Assembly (NCBI GenBank): GCA_001824275.1
Contig: MHWW01000003.1
Span: 19,325-83,324 of the forward strand
DNA from: Candidatus Zambryskibacteria bacterium RIFOXYC1_FULL_39_10
GTDB taxonomy: Bacteria > Patescibacteriota > Minisyncoccia > Phycocordibacterales > WO2-35-19
Reading direction: 5' to 3'
DNA: 64,000 nt
Part shown: positions 44,633 through 55,471 of the stretch, in pieces
How positions within the stretch are numbered: the stretch's first letter is position 1
How the letters are laid out: each line of letters begins with the position of its first letter
Made by a program: the position numbers and the translations under genes
Notes under the pieces: generated by a model
What the model saw: the letters and a program-made list of their open reading frames with translations, nothing else
Told to the model about the DNA's origin: nothing
The model's database searches: none

Positions 44633-45919
44633 ATGTTATACAATATACTAAATTATCTTTTTTACAACATGTTTAAAAAATTAAAATACAAGCTAGAATT
44701 AATCCTGCTCAAAATAGGAGATTTTCTAAAAACTGACATCAGATACATAGCCAAACAGGGTTCCTGGTTGGCCGGAGGTTCTATAATAAACAATGTGCTT
44801 AGTTTAGTGTTAATAGTCGTTTTTGCTAACCTTCTCCCCGTTTCCACTTACGGGACATATAAATACATACTTTCCATTTACAGTATATTTGCTCTTTTTG
44901 GACTCACTGGCGCTGGTCCAGCCATTATAAAAACTGTGGCCGAAGGTAATGAAAATATTTTTAAACCTGCCTTAAAAGTGCAAATGAAATGGGGTCTTTT
45001 GGGCTCTCTTTGCCTTATTTTTACATCGCTCTATTATTTTGCCCAGGATAATTATGTTTTTGGCTATGGTTTTATTATTGCCACTGTTGCTCTACCATTT
45101 TTTGAGTCACTCAACACATACCAACAAATTCTAGCTGGTAAAAAGAGGTTTGATTTGCAAACAAAATATTATTCTGCTACTCGTACGGTATCGGCAGTAA
45201 GTTTAATAATTGTTTTGTTTTTTTCAAAAAATGTTTTAGTTGTTTTAGCTGCTTACTTTTTGCCATATATTCTTGCAAATATTATATTTGGAGCCTTGGC
45301 TCTTAAAAAAATAGAGCTCAATGATAAGTTTGATCCCAAATCAATTACTTACATAAAACATTTGAGCTTAATTAATGCTATATCTTATGGAGTTAGTTAT
45401 TTGAATGGAATAATTATCTTCCATTTTCTCGGCCCTATCCAACTTGCTATTTACAGCATTGCTTTGGCTCCATCAGCCCAACTGCAATCATTTTTTGGTA
45501 TTATTCCCGAACTTTCTTTACCTAAATATACAGAAACTCCAATAGAAGAAATCAAGGCAACCATATTCAAAAAAATTAGAAAAGCTATGGTAGTTTGCAC
45601 TTTGATTATGCTGGTGCTTATTGTCATAGTGCCTTTCTTTTTTAGGTGGTTTTTGCCAAAATATATTGATGCTATAATCTATGCCCAACTTCTTGCCATA
45701 CCTCTTGTTTGGTATCCTATTGCCCTTCTTTCCAGAGTCTTGCAAGCCAAAGGGGCTACTAGATTTATTTATGAAAGTTGTATCATTGGCTCAATCATCC
45801 AATTATTCGTCATGTTTACATCAATCTATTTCTTCGGGCTTATGGGCGCTGTTATGGGAACTATAATTTATTCTATAATCTCATTCCCTATCCTCTACTA
45901 TTATTTCCAAAAACTTTAA
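44633..45919 (+). CDS. oligosaccharide flippase (Wzx/MOP superfamily); start probably at 44663
   Basis: About 12 TM segments with a polysaccharide-biosynthesis-protein-like profile. Confidence 0.7.
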   Translation: MLYNILNYLFYNMFKKLKYKLELILLKIGDFLKTDIRYIAKQGSWLAGGSIINNVLSLVLIVVFANLLPVSTYGTYKYILSIYSIFALFGLTGAGPAIIKTVAEGNENIFKPALKVQMKWGLLGSLCLIFTSLYYFAQDNYVFGYGFIIATVALPFFESLNTYQQILAGKKRFDLQTKYYSATRTVSAVSLIIVLFFSKNVLVVLAAYFLPYILANIIFGALALKKIELNDKFDPKSITYIKHLSLINAISYGVSYLNGIIIFHFLGPIQLAIYSIALAPSAQLQSFFGIIPELSLPKYTETPIEEIKATIFKKIRKAMVVCTLIMLVLIVIVPFFFRWFLPKYIDAIIYAQLLAIPLVWYPIALLSRVLQAKGATRFIYESCIIGSIIQLFVMFTSIYFFGLMGAVMGTIIYSIISFPILYYYFQKL

Positions 45920-45920
45920 T

Positions 45921-47747
45921 TTAACTTTTCCAATACTTACTCACCACTTTATAATTTGTGATAAGTGAAAAAACAAATCTAGGGTATTTATCAAGCAAAA
46001 GCTGAGCTTTATCTTTTTTAACTAAGTCACAAATATTAGAATCCTTAAGGCCCAGTTCTTCAGAATATTTTTGGTGATACGTAATGGCTTCGTCTAAATC
46101 AGAAAGGACTTTTTCCTTTGCATATTTTCTTATATCTATACCAAAGCCAGATTTTTTTCTATATATCAATTCTTTAGGCAAATATTTCTTCATACTTTCT
46201 TTCATTATTTTCTTACTCAAGGCGCTAGTCGAAAATCTAATGTCTGGAGAAACAGAATTGCAGGTATTGAAAAACTCTTTATCTAAAAATGGCACTCTAG
46301 ACTCAATCCCATAAGCCATACTAGACATATCACCTTTGTACATCAGGTTGTATGGCAAATACATAAATAAATCAAAAAATAGATTAGGTTGAATTAAATT
46401 TTTATATGGGTGATTTTCATAATAATTTTGCATATATAAAAGTGTCTCTTTTTGCTTTATGGGTAAATCAGCAACTCTTGCAGTATACAAATATTCATTT
46501 CCTAGAGTTTCAAAAGAACTAAGAAAATTTCTAGCCCTTGATAAAACGGGGTTAGCAAATTTCATATAGTTTTCAGATTTTAAGGAAAATAATGATTCGG
46601 GGAAAAAACTTTCAAACTTCATTTGATCAAACCCGGCAAAATTTTTGTGTCTTTGATATCCTCCAAAAAGCTCATCTCCTCCTTCGCCCGAGAGTACTAC
46701 TTTTGATCTATTTTTTATGGTTGAAAAAATTAGTGATGTAGGAATAAAAGAAACATCGCCAGTTGGCTGGTCGATTATGTCCCACAACAAATCATATTGA
46801 TTTCTAAAATTTTCTATTGATATTTTTTCTTCAACAAATGGCAAATTTAGATGTCGAGCTACTTTTTTTGCATAACCTTTGTCCCCGCTTCCCTCGATAG
46901 AGACACTGAAGCAGGTGGGATTTTGTCCTGCCTCTTTAGATAAGGCTGCCAAAAATGAAGAGTCATTACCGCCCGACAGTAACAAGCCAACTGGCACATC
47001 AGAGATATAATGCTTTTCCACACTTTCTAAAAGACTTTTGTTAATTAATTGAGATGCTTCATTTTCATCTGTGATTAGAGTGCGGTTATTTTCATTTTTT
47101 ATTTTAGCAAAAGATCTTTTTATTTCTCCACTCCTCAGGTTAAAATTGATAATTTCACCTGGCAAAACTTTTTTAATTTCTTTAAACGAAGTCAGGTCCC
47201 CCGGAAAATAACCAAAATTATAATAAAGAAAATATGCAGAGGTATTTGGAGTTAATTTATTTAATTGTGGTAGGAGTGCCTTGACTTCGGAGGCAAAAAC
47301 AATTTCCTTACCTGAAATAGCATAATAGAGCGGCTTTATGCCAAATTGATCTCTGGATAGTGTTAGCTCTCCTTTCTTAACATCATATAAAACTGTCGCC
47401 CACATGCCTCTTAATTTTGAAAATATTTCAGATCCATACTCTTCAAAACCCTTTAATAAAACTTCAGTATCACTATTGCTTTTGAAGCTATAACCAAGAT
47501 TCACCAAATCTTTTTTTATATCTTTAAAATTATATATTTCACCATTAAATATTATGGACAGATTACTTGAATCATTAAACATCGGCTGATGACCATTTTC
47601 CGATAAATCTATTATTGAAAGTCTGGCTTGGTATAGAGAAATATTTACATCTCTAAATTTACCATCGTCATCGGGACCGCGATGTTTTATAGCGTCGGCT
47701 GATGAAGAAAAATCTTTTTTAAGTGTTGTGCCAAATATGCCACACAT
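45921..47747 (-). CDS. asnB: asparagine synthase (glutamine-hydrolysing)-family amidotransferase
   Basis: N-terminal MCGIFG nucleophile and PP-loop SGGNDSS. Confidence 0.88.
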   Translation of the reverse strand: MCGIFGTTLKKDFSSSADAIKHRGPDDDGKFRDVNISLYQARLSIIDLSENGHQPMFNDSSNLSIIFNGEIYNFKDIKKDLVNLGYSFKSNSDTEVLLKGFEEYGSEIFSKLRGMWATVLYDVKKGELTLSRDQFGIKPLYYAISGKEIVFASEVKALLPQLNKLTPNTSAYFLYYNFGYFPGDLTSFKEIKKVLPGEIINFNLRSGEIKRSFAKIKNENNRTLITDENEASQLINKSLLESVEKHYISDVPVGLLLSGGNDSSFLAALSKEAGQNPTCFSVSIEGSGDKGYAKKVARHLNLPFVEEKISIENFRNQYDLLWDIIDQPTGDVSFIPTSLIFSTIKNRSKVVLSGEGGDELFGGYQRHKNFAGFDQMKFESFFPESLFSLKSENYMKFANPVLSRARNFLSSFETLGNEYLYTARVADLPIKQKETLLYMQNYYENHPYKNLIQPNLFFDLFMYLPYNLMYKGDMSSMAYGIESRVPFLDKEFFNTCNSVSPDIRFSTSALSKKIMKESMKKYLPKELIYRKKSGFGIDIRKYAKEKVLSDLDEAITYHQKYSEELGLKDSNICDLVKKDKAQLLLDKYPRFVFSLITNYKVVSKYWKS

Positions 47748-47748
47748 A

Positions 47749-48540
47749 TTATTTTTTTATAAATAAAAACTGATTACATCCGATATAATTGGTAGTTTTT
47801 ATATTTTGTAATTCAAAACTTCTTTGTTTATAAAAATCAAAAATCTCTCTGACAGAGGCATACTCATAAGGGTAACCCCCAAGCCAATCAACCAGATCAG
47901 TGCTCCATGCCATTCCTCTTTTTGTCTTATAGGAGGACATAACATTAAAAGGATTTTTAAGGTGTAATAATAAAATCACAAAATTATAACTTATATACAT
48001 ATACTCCATAATTTTTTTAACAATAAATGGGGACTTGTTATAAAAATGTTTAATTTGCCACCACATTCTAGAACCCAATTTCCCTTCAACATTATTATAA
48101 ATAGCCACAAAAATAACGCCCCCCTTTTTTATATTTTTTGAAATATTTTCCAGTGCTTGCCACATATTCCCTGTGTGATGCGCCACACCCCAACAATAGA
48201 CAATATCAAATTGGCCTAGGCCAGAAATAAAACTTGAATCAAGCAAAGAACCTTGGTGTACTTGCCAATTTTCTTTATATGGAGAATTGGCCTTAAGTCG
48301 CTCAGCGCATTCTACCGCCACTTTGTCATAATCCACACTCATCACTACTTTAGCTCCAAGCTCTAATGCTGCCAGCGAATGAAGCCCGCTTCCTGAGCCA
48401 AAATCAACAAAGGTTTTATCTGCCAGTGTATCTACCTTCAAAAAATCAGCCAATTTGAGCTTACTAGCCTCTAACACCTCATTAGAAAAATGATTATTTA
48501 GGAAGCTTTGCCAATTTTTGCCAAATTCAAATCTGTTCAT
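47749..48540 (-). CDS. class I SAM-dependent methyltransferase
   Basis: FVDFGSGSGLHSLAALELGA.VVMSVDYD. Confidence 0.72.
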   Translation of the reverse strand: MNRFEFGKNWQSFLNNHFSNEVLEASKLKLADFLKVDTLADKTFVDFGSGSGLHSLAALELGAKVVMSVDYDKVAVECAERLKANSPYKENWQVHQGSLLDSSFISGLGQFDIVYCWGVAHHTGNMWQALENISKNIKKGGVIFVAIYNNVEGKLGSRMWWQIKHFYNKSPFIVKKIMEYMYISYNFVILLLHLKNPFNVMSSYKTKRGMAWSTDLVDWLGGYPYEYASVREIFDFYKQRSFELQNIKTTNYIGCNQFLFIKK

Positions 48541-49571
48541 ATTTCTAATTCAAGCATGTTTAACAGTTTTTTTAAATGCATATCAAATGAAAATCTATCC
48601 TTTACTCTCTCTTTTGCTCCCTTTCCCATCTGAATTATTTTTTGGGGATTATTTAAAAGACTAGTTAACGCTTCGCCAAATGATTTTTTGTCCCCCGGAG
48701 CAATTACAATACCCGAGAGTCCATTTTCTATAATTTCTGGCACTGCCCCAACCGAAAAACATATAGGGGCTAAGCCAAATGACATTGCCTCAAGAAGCAC
48801 ATTTGGACACCCTTCTTTTTTAGAAGTGAGAACAAAAATATCAGAATTTGTATAATGATTTTTTAATAAACCTTTATCCATCGCCCCCAAACATTTTATT
48901 TTATCTTCCATTTCAGATTCCTTTATTTTTGCCGAAATTTTATCAAAAAGAATACCATTCCCTATAATTTCCAGAACAAAATTTTTATTTTTTACATAAT
49001 CTTTAAATATAGTTATTAAATCTTCAAAACCTTTCTTGGGAGTAAAACTACCTACTGCTATAATTTTAATAGGATTATTTGGCTCTTTTTTGTTATCAGT
49101 ATTTTCTTGTATTTCAACGCCATTATATAAAACTACCATTTTACTTTTGTGAAATGGGTCATATGAAGCATAAGAATTTTTAACCGCCCCAGCAACCATT
49201 ACCAATTTGTAAACCAAAAAATTTAAAACGACATCAGCAATTTTAAATTTAAGTGGTTTATCAAAGGTTTCATTTGCTTCTCGGCAAAATAATTTGAAAG
49301 GAGTAAAAATTCTAGCAATTTTAGCTACAAAATTTGCATCATCAAGAGTTGAATAAACATGAGTAATTTTGTCTTTTTTTATTTTTTTTATTAAATTAAA
49401 ATAACCTTTGGTATCATAGAGGTTTTTAAAATTACTTGGATAGAGAGTGTATATTTCACATATGTAACCCAAATTTGAAAGTTCCTCTGCTTCCTTTATA
49501 AAAACACCTTCAGCACCTCCCCTAGACAGCTTATTTATAACAAATAGTATTTTTGTATTATTTTTATTCAT
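48537..49571 (-). CDS. glycosyltransferase family 4
   Basis: ILFVINKLSRGGAEGV plus a C-terminal Glycos_transf_1 E...E pattern. Confidence 0.78.
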   Translation of the reverse strand: MNKNNTKILFVINKLSRGGAEGVFIKEAEELSNLGYICEIYTLYPSNFKNLYDTKGYFNLIKKIKKDKITHVYSTLDDANFVAKIARIFTPFKLFCREANETFDKPLKFKIADVVLNFLVYKLVMVAGAVKNSYASYDPFHKSKMVVLYNGVEIQENTDNKKEPNNPIKIIAVGSFTPKKGFEDLITIFKDYVKNKNFVLEIIGNGILFDKISAKIKESEMEDKIKCLGAMDKGLLKNHYTNSDIFVLTSKKEGCPNVLLEAMSFGLAPICFSVGAVPEIIENGLSGIVIAPGDKKSFGEALTSLLNNPQKIIQMGKGAKERVKDRFSFDMHLKKLLNMLELEI

Positions 49572-49572
49572 A

Positions 49573-50181
49573 TTATTTAATGCAAAAAACCCTATATGAA
49601 CTCGTCTGATTACTATTTTGTTTTTTAAACAAAATGTCTAACAAATCAAAAAATTTGGTTTTTTTTGAAAATAATGGAAACAAATTCATGACAGTAGAAA
49701 TTGCCCCTTTAACACTTTTGATCTCAATTTCTTTAAAATCCCTGCACATATACTCCCAGGCGTCTTTGGTAAATCTATAAAAATCTTTGTAATAGCCATT
49801 CATCGGGTGATAATAAAAAATAAAAGGAGCATCAAAGTAAGCGTACCCACCCGGTTTTAGAACTCTATAAATTTCTTTCACCGCCTTCTGGGGTTCTTCA
49901 ACGTGCTCTAAAACATTCATGCAAATAACGGCGTCCACACTATTATCTTCAAACGGGAGGTCGTGAACATCACCGACTATATCTGGATTATAATCTGAGA
50001 CCTTATCCAGAATCACATATTTAACTTTTGGTAGATATTGGTCAATAAAATAATGCTGTTTGTTTCTATTGTTTTTAGACGGGTCTATTCTGAGTCCACC
50101 CCCAATATCCAATATATAATATTTTTCTTTAAATATTTTTTCTATTTTCAATTTGAAGAAAGAGTCCCAGGGTTTTATCAT
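49573..50181 (-). CDS. class I SAM-dependent methyltransferase
   Basis: ILDIGGG...DAVICMNVLEHVEEP...LKPGG. Confidence 0.72.
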   Translation of the reverse strand: MIKPWDSFFKLKIEKIFKEKYYILDIGGGLRIDPSKNNRNKQHYFIDQYLPKVKYVILDKVSDYNPDIVGDVHDLPFEDNSVDAVICMNVLEHVEEPQKAVKEIYRVLKPGGYAYFDAPFIFYYHPMNGYYKDFYRFTKDAWEYMCRDFKEIEIKSVKGAISTVMNLFPLFSKKTKFFDLLDILFKKQNSNQTSSYRVFCIK

Positions 50182-51518
50182 TTTTTACGATTTAAAATAT
50201 TAAAAAAAGCATTTGAAAACAAAATCAAAACAAATGGCAAGCCTTGAATAGCGTATCTAGCATTAGCGGCTGGGCCTGCCAAAATCATAAGATAAATGGG
50301 TATGAATATAAAGGCCCAAGTCATTTTCCTTTTTCTCTCTTTCCAAACCGTCCCCATTGCCACAACATAGACAATGAGCCAAAACATTCTTTCAGTAATT
50401 TTCCACCAAACAGAAGTCACACTTTCAAAAAACAATCTCCACTCACGAGAAACCAGGTAACTTATAGCGCCTGTCTTTTTAAACTGATTTTCGATATGCA
50501 TGGCCTCCTTGTAAGTAATTATTGTGTCCTGAATTGAAGAAGAAAAAATAAAAGGTAACGAAGAAGAAATATGATATTTAAAGTAAGTAAATGGATGCTC
50601 TAAAATAATTTTTTGAGCTACACTAGAAACTTGTTTAGAATAACGCAAATCACTCCACTGCCCTCTTTTTAGCCCGATTTTATTTTCCAGGTTTGTTCTC
50701 TCTTCAGCAAGAGTAGTATGATTTTGATTAGACAAAAAAAGTGGTGCAGCGTAATCAGCAAGATTAATTGCTTTGAAAGATGTGAAATCAGCTACTCCTA
50801 TGGATTTATAATTTCTATAGACCCAGGGTGAGACTGCCATTAAGACAACGAAAATCATAATAGTTAAGGATTTTATTTTTTCTTTTACAGACAACTTCGA
50901 AGCCAAAAAAGGCACAGCAAATATTGGTAATGCAAATACCCCCATTGGTCTCACATATATAGCTAATGCAAAAATTATTGAAATAAAAATTATTCTTTTG
51001 ATATTGTAGTGACCAGAAATAGCAAGATAAAAACCAAGTAAAAATAGAAATAGAAACAAAATATCAGTCAAAATAATAAGTGATAAAGTCAAGACAAGAG
51101 GATTCAAAATAAATATAGCCCCAGCTATTTCGCCTACCTTATGTGAATGAAATAGCGCTCCCAGCCTTCTGATTATTATCACGGAGCCAAACGCCAAAAA
51201 TATTTGAATTAATGAGATCAAAAAATAAGATCTCCCAACTGTTTTTAGTGTAGCTACAAAAAATGGATAGCCGGGTGCTCGCAAAGTATTGATTTCACCA
51301 TTACTAGAAAAAGTGTAATTTTGTATTATTGAATCGGCCAAACCTTTGTACTCCTCGCTGTCCTGTGGCACCACGGGCAAAACCGGCTCTAGATTGGTCA
51401 CCTTTTGAATATTGGCAAGATGGATAGTAAAGACCCAAACTATAATATAGATAATAAAAATAGAAAAAAATATAACCTTAAACCATTTAGAAAAACTGTT
51501 TATTTCTTTAATTATCAT
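50178..51518 (-). CDS. polytopic membrane protein, GT-C-fold glycosyltransferase-like (ArnT/PMT_2 family)
   Basis: More than 10 TM helices with a periplasmic loop pattern. Confidence 0.5.
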   Translation of the reverse strand: MIIKEINSFSKWFKVIFFSIFIIYIIVWVFTIHLANIQKVTNLEPVLPVVPQDSEEYKGLADSIIQNYTFSSNGEINTLRAPGYPFFVATLKTVGRSYFLISLIQIFLAFGSVIIIRRLGALFHSHKVGEIAGAIFILNPLVLTLSLIILTDILFLFLFLLGFYLAISGHYNIKRIIFISIIFALAIYVRPMGVFALPIFAVPFLASKLSVKEKIKSLTIMIFVVLMAVSPWVYRNYKSIGVADFTSFKAINLADYAAPLFLSNQNHTTLAEERTNLENKIGLKRGQWSDLRYSKQVSSVAQKIILEHPFTYFKYHISSSLPFIFSSSIQDTIITYKEAMHIENQFKKTGAISYLVSREWRLFFESVTSVWWKITERMFWLIVYVVAMGTVWKERKRKMTWAFIFIPIYLMILAGPAANARYAIQGLPFVLILFSNAFFNILNRKK

Positions 51519-51533
51519 TACATTAAATATAGA

Positions 51534-52298
51534 CTATTTCTTTTCCAAAACAACCATCATTCTGGTAGCAAAAATAAGTGGTAATAAATCCAAAACTTTT
51601 TCTATTTTTTTAATAATTGGCAATACCTCGATTGAATAAAAAGAAGGCTTACTAAAACCGCCTGACAAAACATATGAAAGTGCTGACATTTTTTTTATTT
51701 CTAAGATATTCCAATCTTTAAATCTTTCAATCTTTAAATCTTTAAATACTCTCGTCGCATTGCCTTGAGCCGCGTAGTATTGTTCATCAGGATTTTCACC
51801 ATTTTTATAAAACCAATTTATTTTTTTAAACAAACTCACTGGTTCGTGATGAAAAATCCCGTAAATAATTAAACCCAGGAGTGAGATGTACGGTTCAAAA
51901 ATAATCACTCGTCCATCTTTTGCAAGCACCCTATTAAATTCTTTCAAAGCTGAACCAGGAAAAGCTAAGTGATGAAAAACATCAAACAAAACTAAATTTG
52001 AAACAGAGTTATTTTGAAACGAAAGATTATAGGCACTCTCAACTTGGTCAATCCAAGGATTAGGGAAAATATCGGTCGCGATACACTTTGGGTATACACT
52101 TTTGAAATTACCGATTCCAGAACCAAGTTCCACCACTTCCCCTTTTAAATCACTCCTGACCCATTTTAAGATCAAGTCGTAAAATCCTCTATAGATTTCC
52201 CTTAAAAGCGGCTTCTTATTCCAAGCTTCCAAATTCTTCTGAATCTCTAGATTATGCTGGTCTATATTAATTCCTGTCATAGGTTTATGGCTTAACAT
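51534..52298 (-). CDS. class I SAM-dependent methyltransferase
   Basis: VVELGSGIGNF...LKEFNRVLAKDGRVIIFEP. Confidence 0.7.
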   Translation of the reverse strand: MLSHKPMTGINIDQHNLEIQKNLEAWNKKPLLREIYRGFYDLILKWVRSDLKGEVVELGSGIGNFKSVYPKCIATDIFPNPWIDQVESAYNLSFQNNSVSNLVLFDVFHHLAFPGSALKEFNRVLAKDGRVIIFEPYISLLGLIIYGIFHHEPVSLFKKINWFYKNGENPDEQYYAAQGNATRVFKDLKIERFKDWNILEIKKMSALSYVLSGGFSKPSFYSIEVLPIIKKIEKVLDLLPLIFATRMMVVLEKK

Positions 52299-52312
52299 AA
52301 AAACATTTTAGA

Positions 52313-53023
52313 TCAACTTGTTTGTTTTACTCGTCCACACACAATGATACTTGTTCCAAAGGGAAAAGTGATTGAAGGAATGCAGGAAGTTTCAAGAGAC
52401 ATGTACCACATAAGTATTTTATTTAGAATCTCCGGTAACCGCAAAGCTGAACCGCCACTTTTTCCTGTCAGTCTAACAAGGGCGGCTGGAAAAAATAGCA
52501 GGCAGTTCCAGTAACTTGCGTAATCTATCTCCAAACCACACCCATCGAAGAGTTCCTTAATTTGCCTTTTGTTGTAACGGCGAAAATGTTGATGTTCTAC
52601 ATCATGAACGCCCCATAAAAACTGAAATGCCGGTACCGTTGCCACTACCAATCCTCCGGGCGCAAGCGTAGACACTATCATCGAAAGGAATTTCTTATCG
52701 TCTTCAATATGTTCAAGAACATCAAATGCCCCAACTACGGAAAATCGACCCTTCATGTTTGCCAATATTTCCTCTGTGTAGACAACCTCGGAATAACCCC
52801 GAGCCTCACAGACTTTTCCTATTTCTCGATTTGGTTCGTATGCGACAATTCTAGTTGCTTTATTAAAAACTTCTTTCATTCCGCCGTAACCTGCGCCCAC
52901 ATCGCAAGCTTCACCATTTTCCTTTGAAAATTTTATTAGTACACGTTTCGCGGCGTTTTTGCGGCCCCAGTACCACCAGGACTTTTCTGCATCTAAAAGT
53001 AACTCAAAAGCTTTATTGATCAT
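52313..53023 (-). CDS. class I SAM-dependent methyltransferase
   Basis: CDVGAGYGG...FDVLEHIEDD...LAPGG. Confidence 0.7.
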   Translation of the reverse strand: MINKAFELLLDAEKSWWYWGRKNAAKRVLIKFSKENGEACDVGAGYGGMKEVFNKATRIVAYEPNREIGKVCEARGYSEVVYTEEILANMKGRFSVVGAFDVLEHIEDDKKFLSMIVSTLAPGGLVVATVPAFQFLWGVHDVEHQHFRRYNKRQIKELFDGCGLEIDYASYWNCLLFFPAALVRLTGKSGGSALRLPEILNKILMWYMSLETSCIPSITFPFGTSIIVCGRVKQTS

Positions 53024-53724
53024 ATTTTTAATGCTTGTCGAATTCGCATCATTGCAATAAGAGCTTGAAGACCATCACGAACAACACGAAGCTTACTTGC
53101 TCGGTGCACGTAGTAAAATTCTTCCCATTCAATTGGCAATTCTTCAACCACCAGACGAGCTGATGTTGCTTGAGCGATTAGTTCAAGATCAAGAAACCAA
53201 GTTGTTTCCTTGCAGGCTATAAGTACCTCTTTACCTTTTATATTCATACACTTCAAACCACACTGGGCGTCCTTAACTCGAATGGGTAAGATTATGCGAG
53301 CAACAAAGTTGAATAATTTAGATGAGACCGTCCTTAAGTAGCTACGTTTGACTTTTGTTTCGTCAAGAAACCTCGAACCAATAACAATATCTTTTCCTGT
53401 CGATAGGTGGTCAACGAACACGGCAATATTTTTTGGAGAAACAGAAAGATCGGCATCAATAAAACAAAAAAAATCAGCTAACGAATACTCTGCCGCTCTC
53501 CGAATTGCAATTCCTTTACCTTTTTCTGAAATAGAAAGAAGGATTGTATTTTTTAATCCGGCGGTAATTACCTTTTGCCTCGTATCATCAGTAGAGCCAT
53601 TGTCAGCAACAATAATACGCCACTCTATATCTGGCCTCTTCTTTACCTCTTCTTGAATCGTTCGAATAGTATTGATAATAATCGAGGATTCATTCAAAAC
53701 CGGAATACATATGTCACATTTCAT
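53020..53724 (-). CDS. glycosyltransferase family 2 (polyprenyl-phosphate sugar transferase-like)
   Basis: ICIPVLNES....................IIVADNGSTDDT and IDADL. Confidence 0.8.
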   Translation of the reverse strand: MKCDICIPVLNESSIIINTIRTIQEEVKKRPDIEWRIIVADNGSTDDTRQKVITAGLKNTILLSISEKGKGIAIRRAAEYSLADFFCFIDADLSVSPKNIAVFVDHLSTGKDIVIGSRFLDETKVKRSYLRTVSSKLFNFVARIILPIRVKDAQCGLKCMNIKGKEVLIACKETTWFLDLELIAQATSARLVVEELPIEWEEFYYVHRASKLRVVRDGLQALIAMMRIRQALKI

Positions 53725-53785
53725 AAAGTTTTTTTAAAGTTTTGTGGTGTAAAATTATGTGATATTATACTAAGGAAAGTCTACC

Positions 53786-55471
53786 ATGATTTCTAAAAAA
53801 ACAGGAGTTATTCTTTTCTTAATAATATTGATTTTATTTGTAGGTACACGCGTTGCCGGTCTTCATATTTCCTATCAACAAGACGAATCAAAGTTGCCTT
53901 ATTTCGCCGATAAAACACAACATCTTCCTGGTGGCATTCCACATCCACCGCTAATGGAACTTCTTTTTAATAATGCCGGCACCGTGCTTGGGGCAGATAA
54001 TTACCGAATTATACCTTTTACTCTTGGTTTCATCAATATCTTTTTGCTTTTTTATCTAGCTAAAATAATGTTTAACACCCGCACCGCTCTATGGGCAATA
54101 TTTTTGTTTACAGTTGTTTATTTTTCCCTTATTTCATCACTTATGCTTGGTGTGGACGGAGAGTTTATGCCATTATTTTTTCTTATTGCAGGGATTGCGT
54201 ATTACAAGCTTCGATTAAAAAACTTTGCTTTAAAAGAAACTTGGCCGTATCTTATTATTTTTATTTTTGGAATAGTTGGAGGAGTGTTGACTAAAGTGAG
54301 CGCGGTTCTACCTATTGGCGCCTTTGCATTAGATTTCGGGATAGAAAAAAATATATTTAAAGATATAAGAAAAACAATGAAATACCTGTTGTTTGGATTG
54401 ATTACTTTGATTGTACTCGGTGGTATACTTTATCTGTCTAAATTTGTCTTTACTTTTTTCGATATAGATAAAGCCCTTACTTATTGGAAACATTTTTCTA
54501 ATTCATCAAGTTTTCTAGATCGTGGTTGGCTTCAGACATTTATACAGTTTTGGAAATGTATATTATACGCTTCACCACTTCTTATTCTCACACCGTTTTT
54601 TATAAACAAAGAAATATGGGAGAAGACTAAACCTCTTTTTTTCTTTTTGGGTATCGGTGTTATTTTTTATCTTTTCGTTTTCGACTTCTCTCTTGGGGCA
54701 ATTGATATGTACTTGCAATTCTCTGTTGTACCACTTTGTATTATATCTGCTGCAGTGTTTGCCAAACACATCGGAAACAAAGGTGACGAAAGTGACAAAC
54801 AAAAAAACAAAATAACATTCCAAATAATCGGGGCTATACTAATTTTCTTTTTGCAATTTCTGCCTCATATAGTTCCGCCTCTTTATCCGAAGATTTTGTG
54901 GTTATCTAGAGTGATTTCTCTTAAATGGAACTTTCTGTTCCCTTTCACTGGTGGCTCTGGACCTGTACCTTTTTATGTTTCTTTCCTTTTTATAGCAATG
55001 TCTTGGATGATTTGTGTATTATTTGTCCTCTACTCTTTAAAGAGACCCGCTGTTAAAAAAATTGCAATAATATCCATTTTGATTTTTGGTCTAACCTACA
55101 ATGTCATTTTCATGGAAGAATACTTGTTTGGACGTATAAACGGTAGCACCCAGACACTCATAGACAACGCTGTTGTTCACATTAAATCAAACAATAAAAT
55201 TAAAGAAGTTTTGGTCTATAACGACAACGGTGGATTCGAAATACGGCAGACTGAGAAATATAAGAGAAGGATATACGCTGTCCCAGCTTACGAGAAATAT
55301 TACAAAGAAATATTTGAGGGTTTTAGGGGCAATATTCTTTTTATAGACATCCCAAAACTCTCTGAGGATAGCTTTTATAAAAAATTCTTTGACACTTGCA
55401 CTGTTGTATATGATGAATCAAGTGGAAAAATATTATCTAAAATCTACGATTGCTCTATAAAGAAACTATAG
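53786..55471 (+). CDS. polytopic membrane protein, GT-C-fold glycosyltransferase-like
   Basis: About 13 TM helices; the only large plus-strand gene in this part of the locus. Confidence 0.5.
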   Translation: MISKKTGVILFLIILILFVGTRVAGLHISYQQDESKLPYFADKTQHLPGGIPHPPLMELLFNNAGTVLGADNYRIIPFTLGFINIFLLFYLAKIMFNTRTALWAIFLFTVVYFSLISSLMLGVDGEFMPLFFLIAGIAYYKLRLKNFALKETWPYLIIFIFGIVGGVLTKVSAVLPIGAFALDFGIEKNIFKDIRKTMKYLLFGLITLIVLGGILYLSKFVFTFFDIDKALTYWKHFSNSSSFLDRGWLQTFIQFWKCILYASPLLILTPFFINKEIWEKTKPLFFFLGIGVIFYLFVFDFSLGAIDMYLQFSVVPLCIISAAVFAKHIGNKGDESDKQKNKITFQIIGAILIFFLQFLPHIVPPLYPKILWLSRVISLKWNFLFPFTGGSGPVPFYVSFLFIAMSWMICVLFVLYSLKRPAVKKIAIISILIFGLTYNVIFMEEYLFGRINGSTQTLIDNAVVHIKSNNKIKEVLVYNDNGGFEIRQTEKYKRRIYAVPAYEKYYKEIFEGFRGNILFIDIPKLSEDSFYKKFFDTCTVVYDESSGKILSKIYDCSIKKL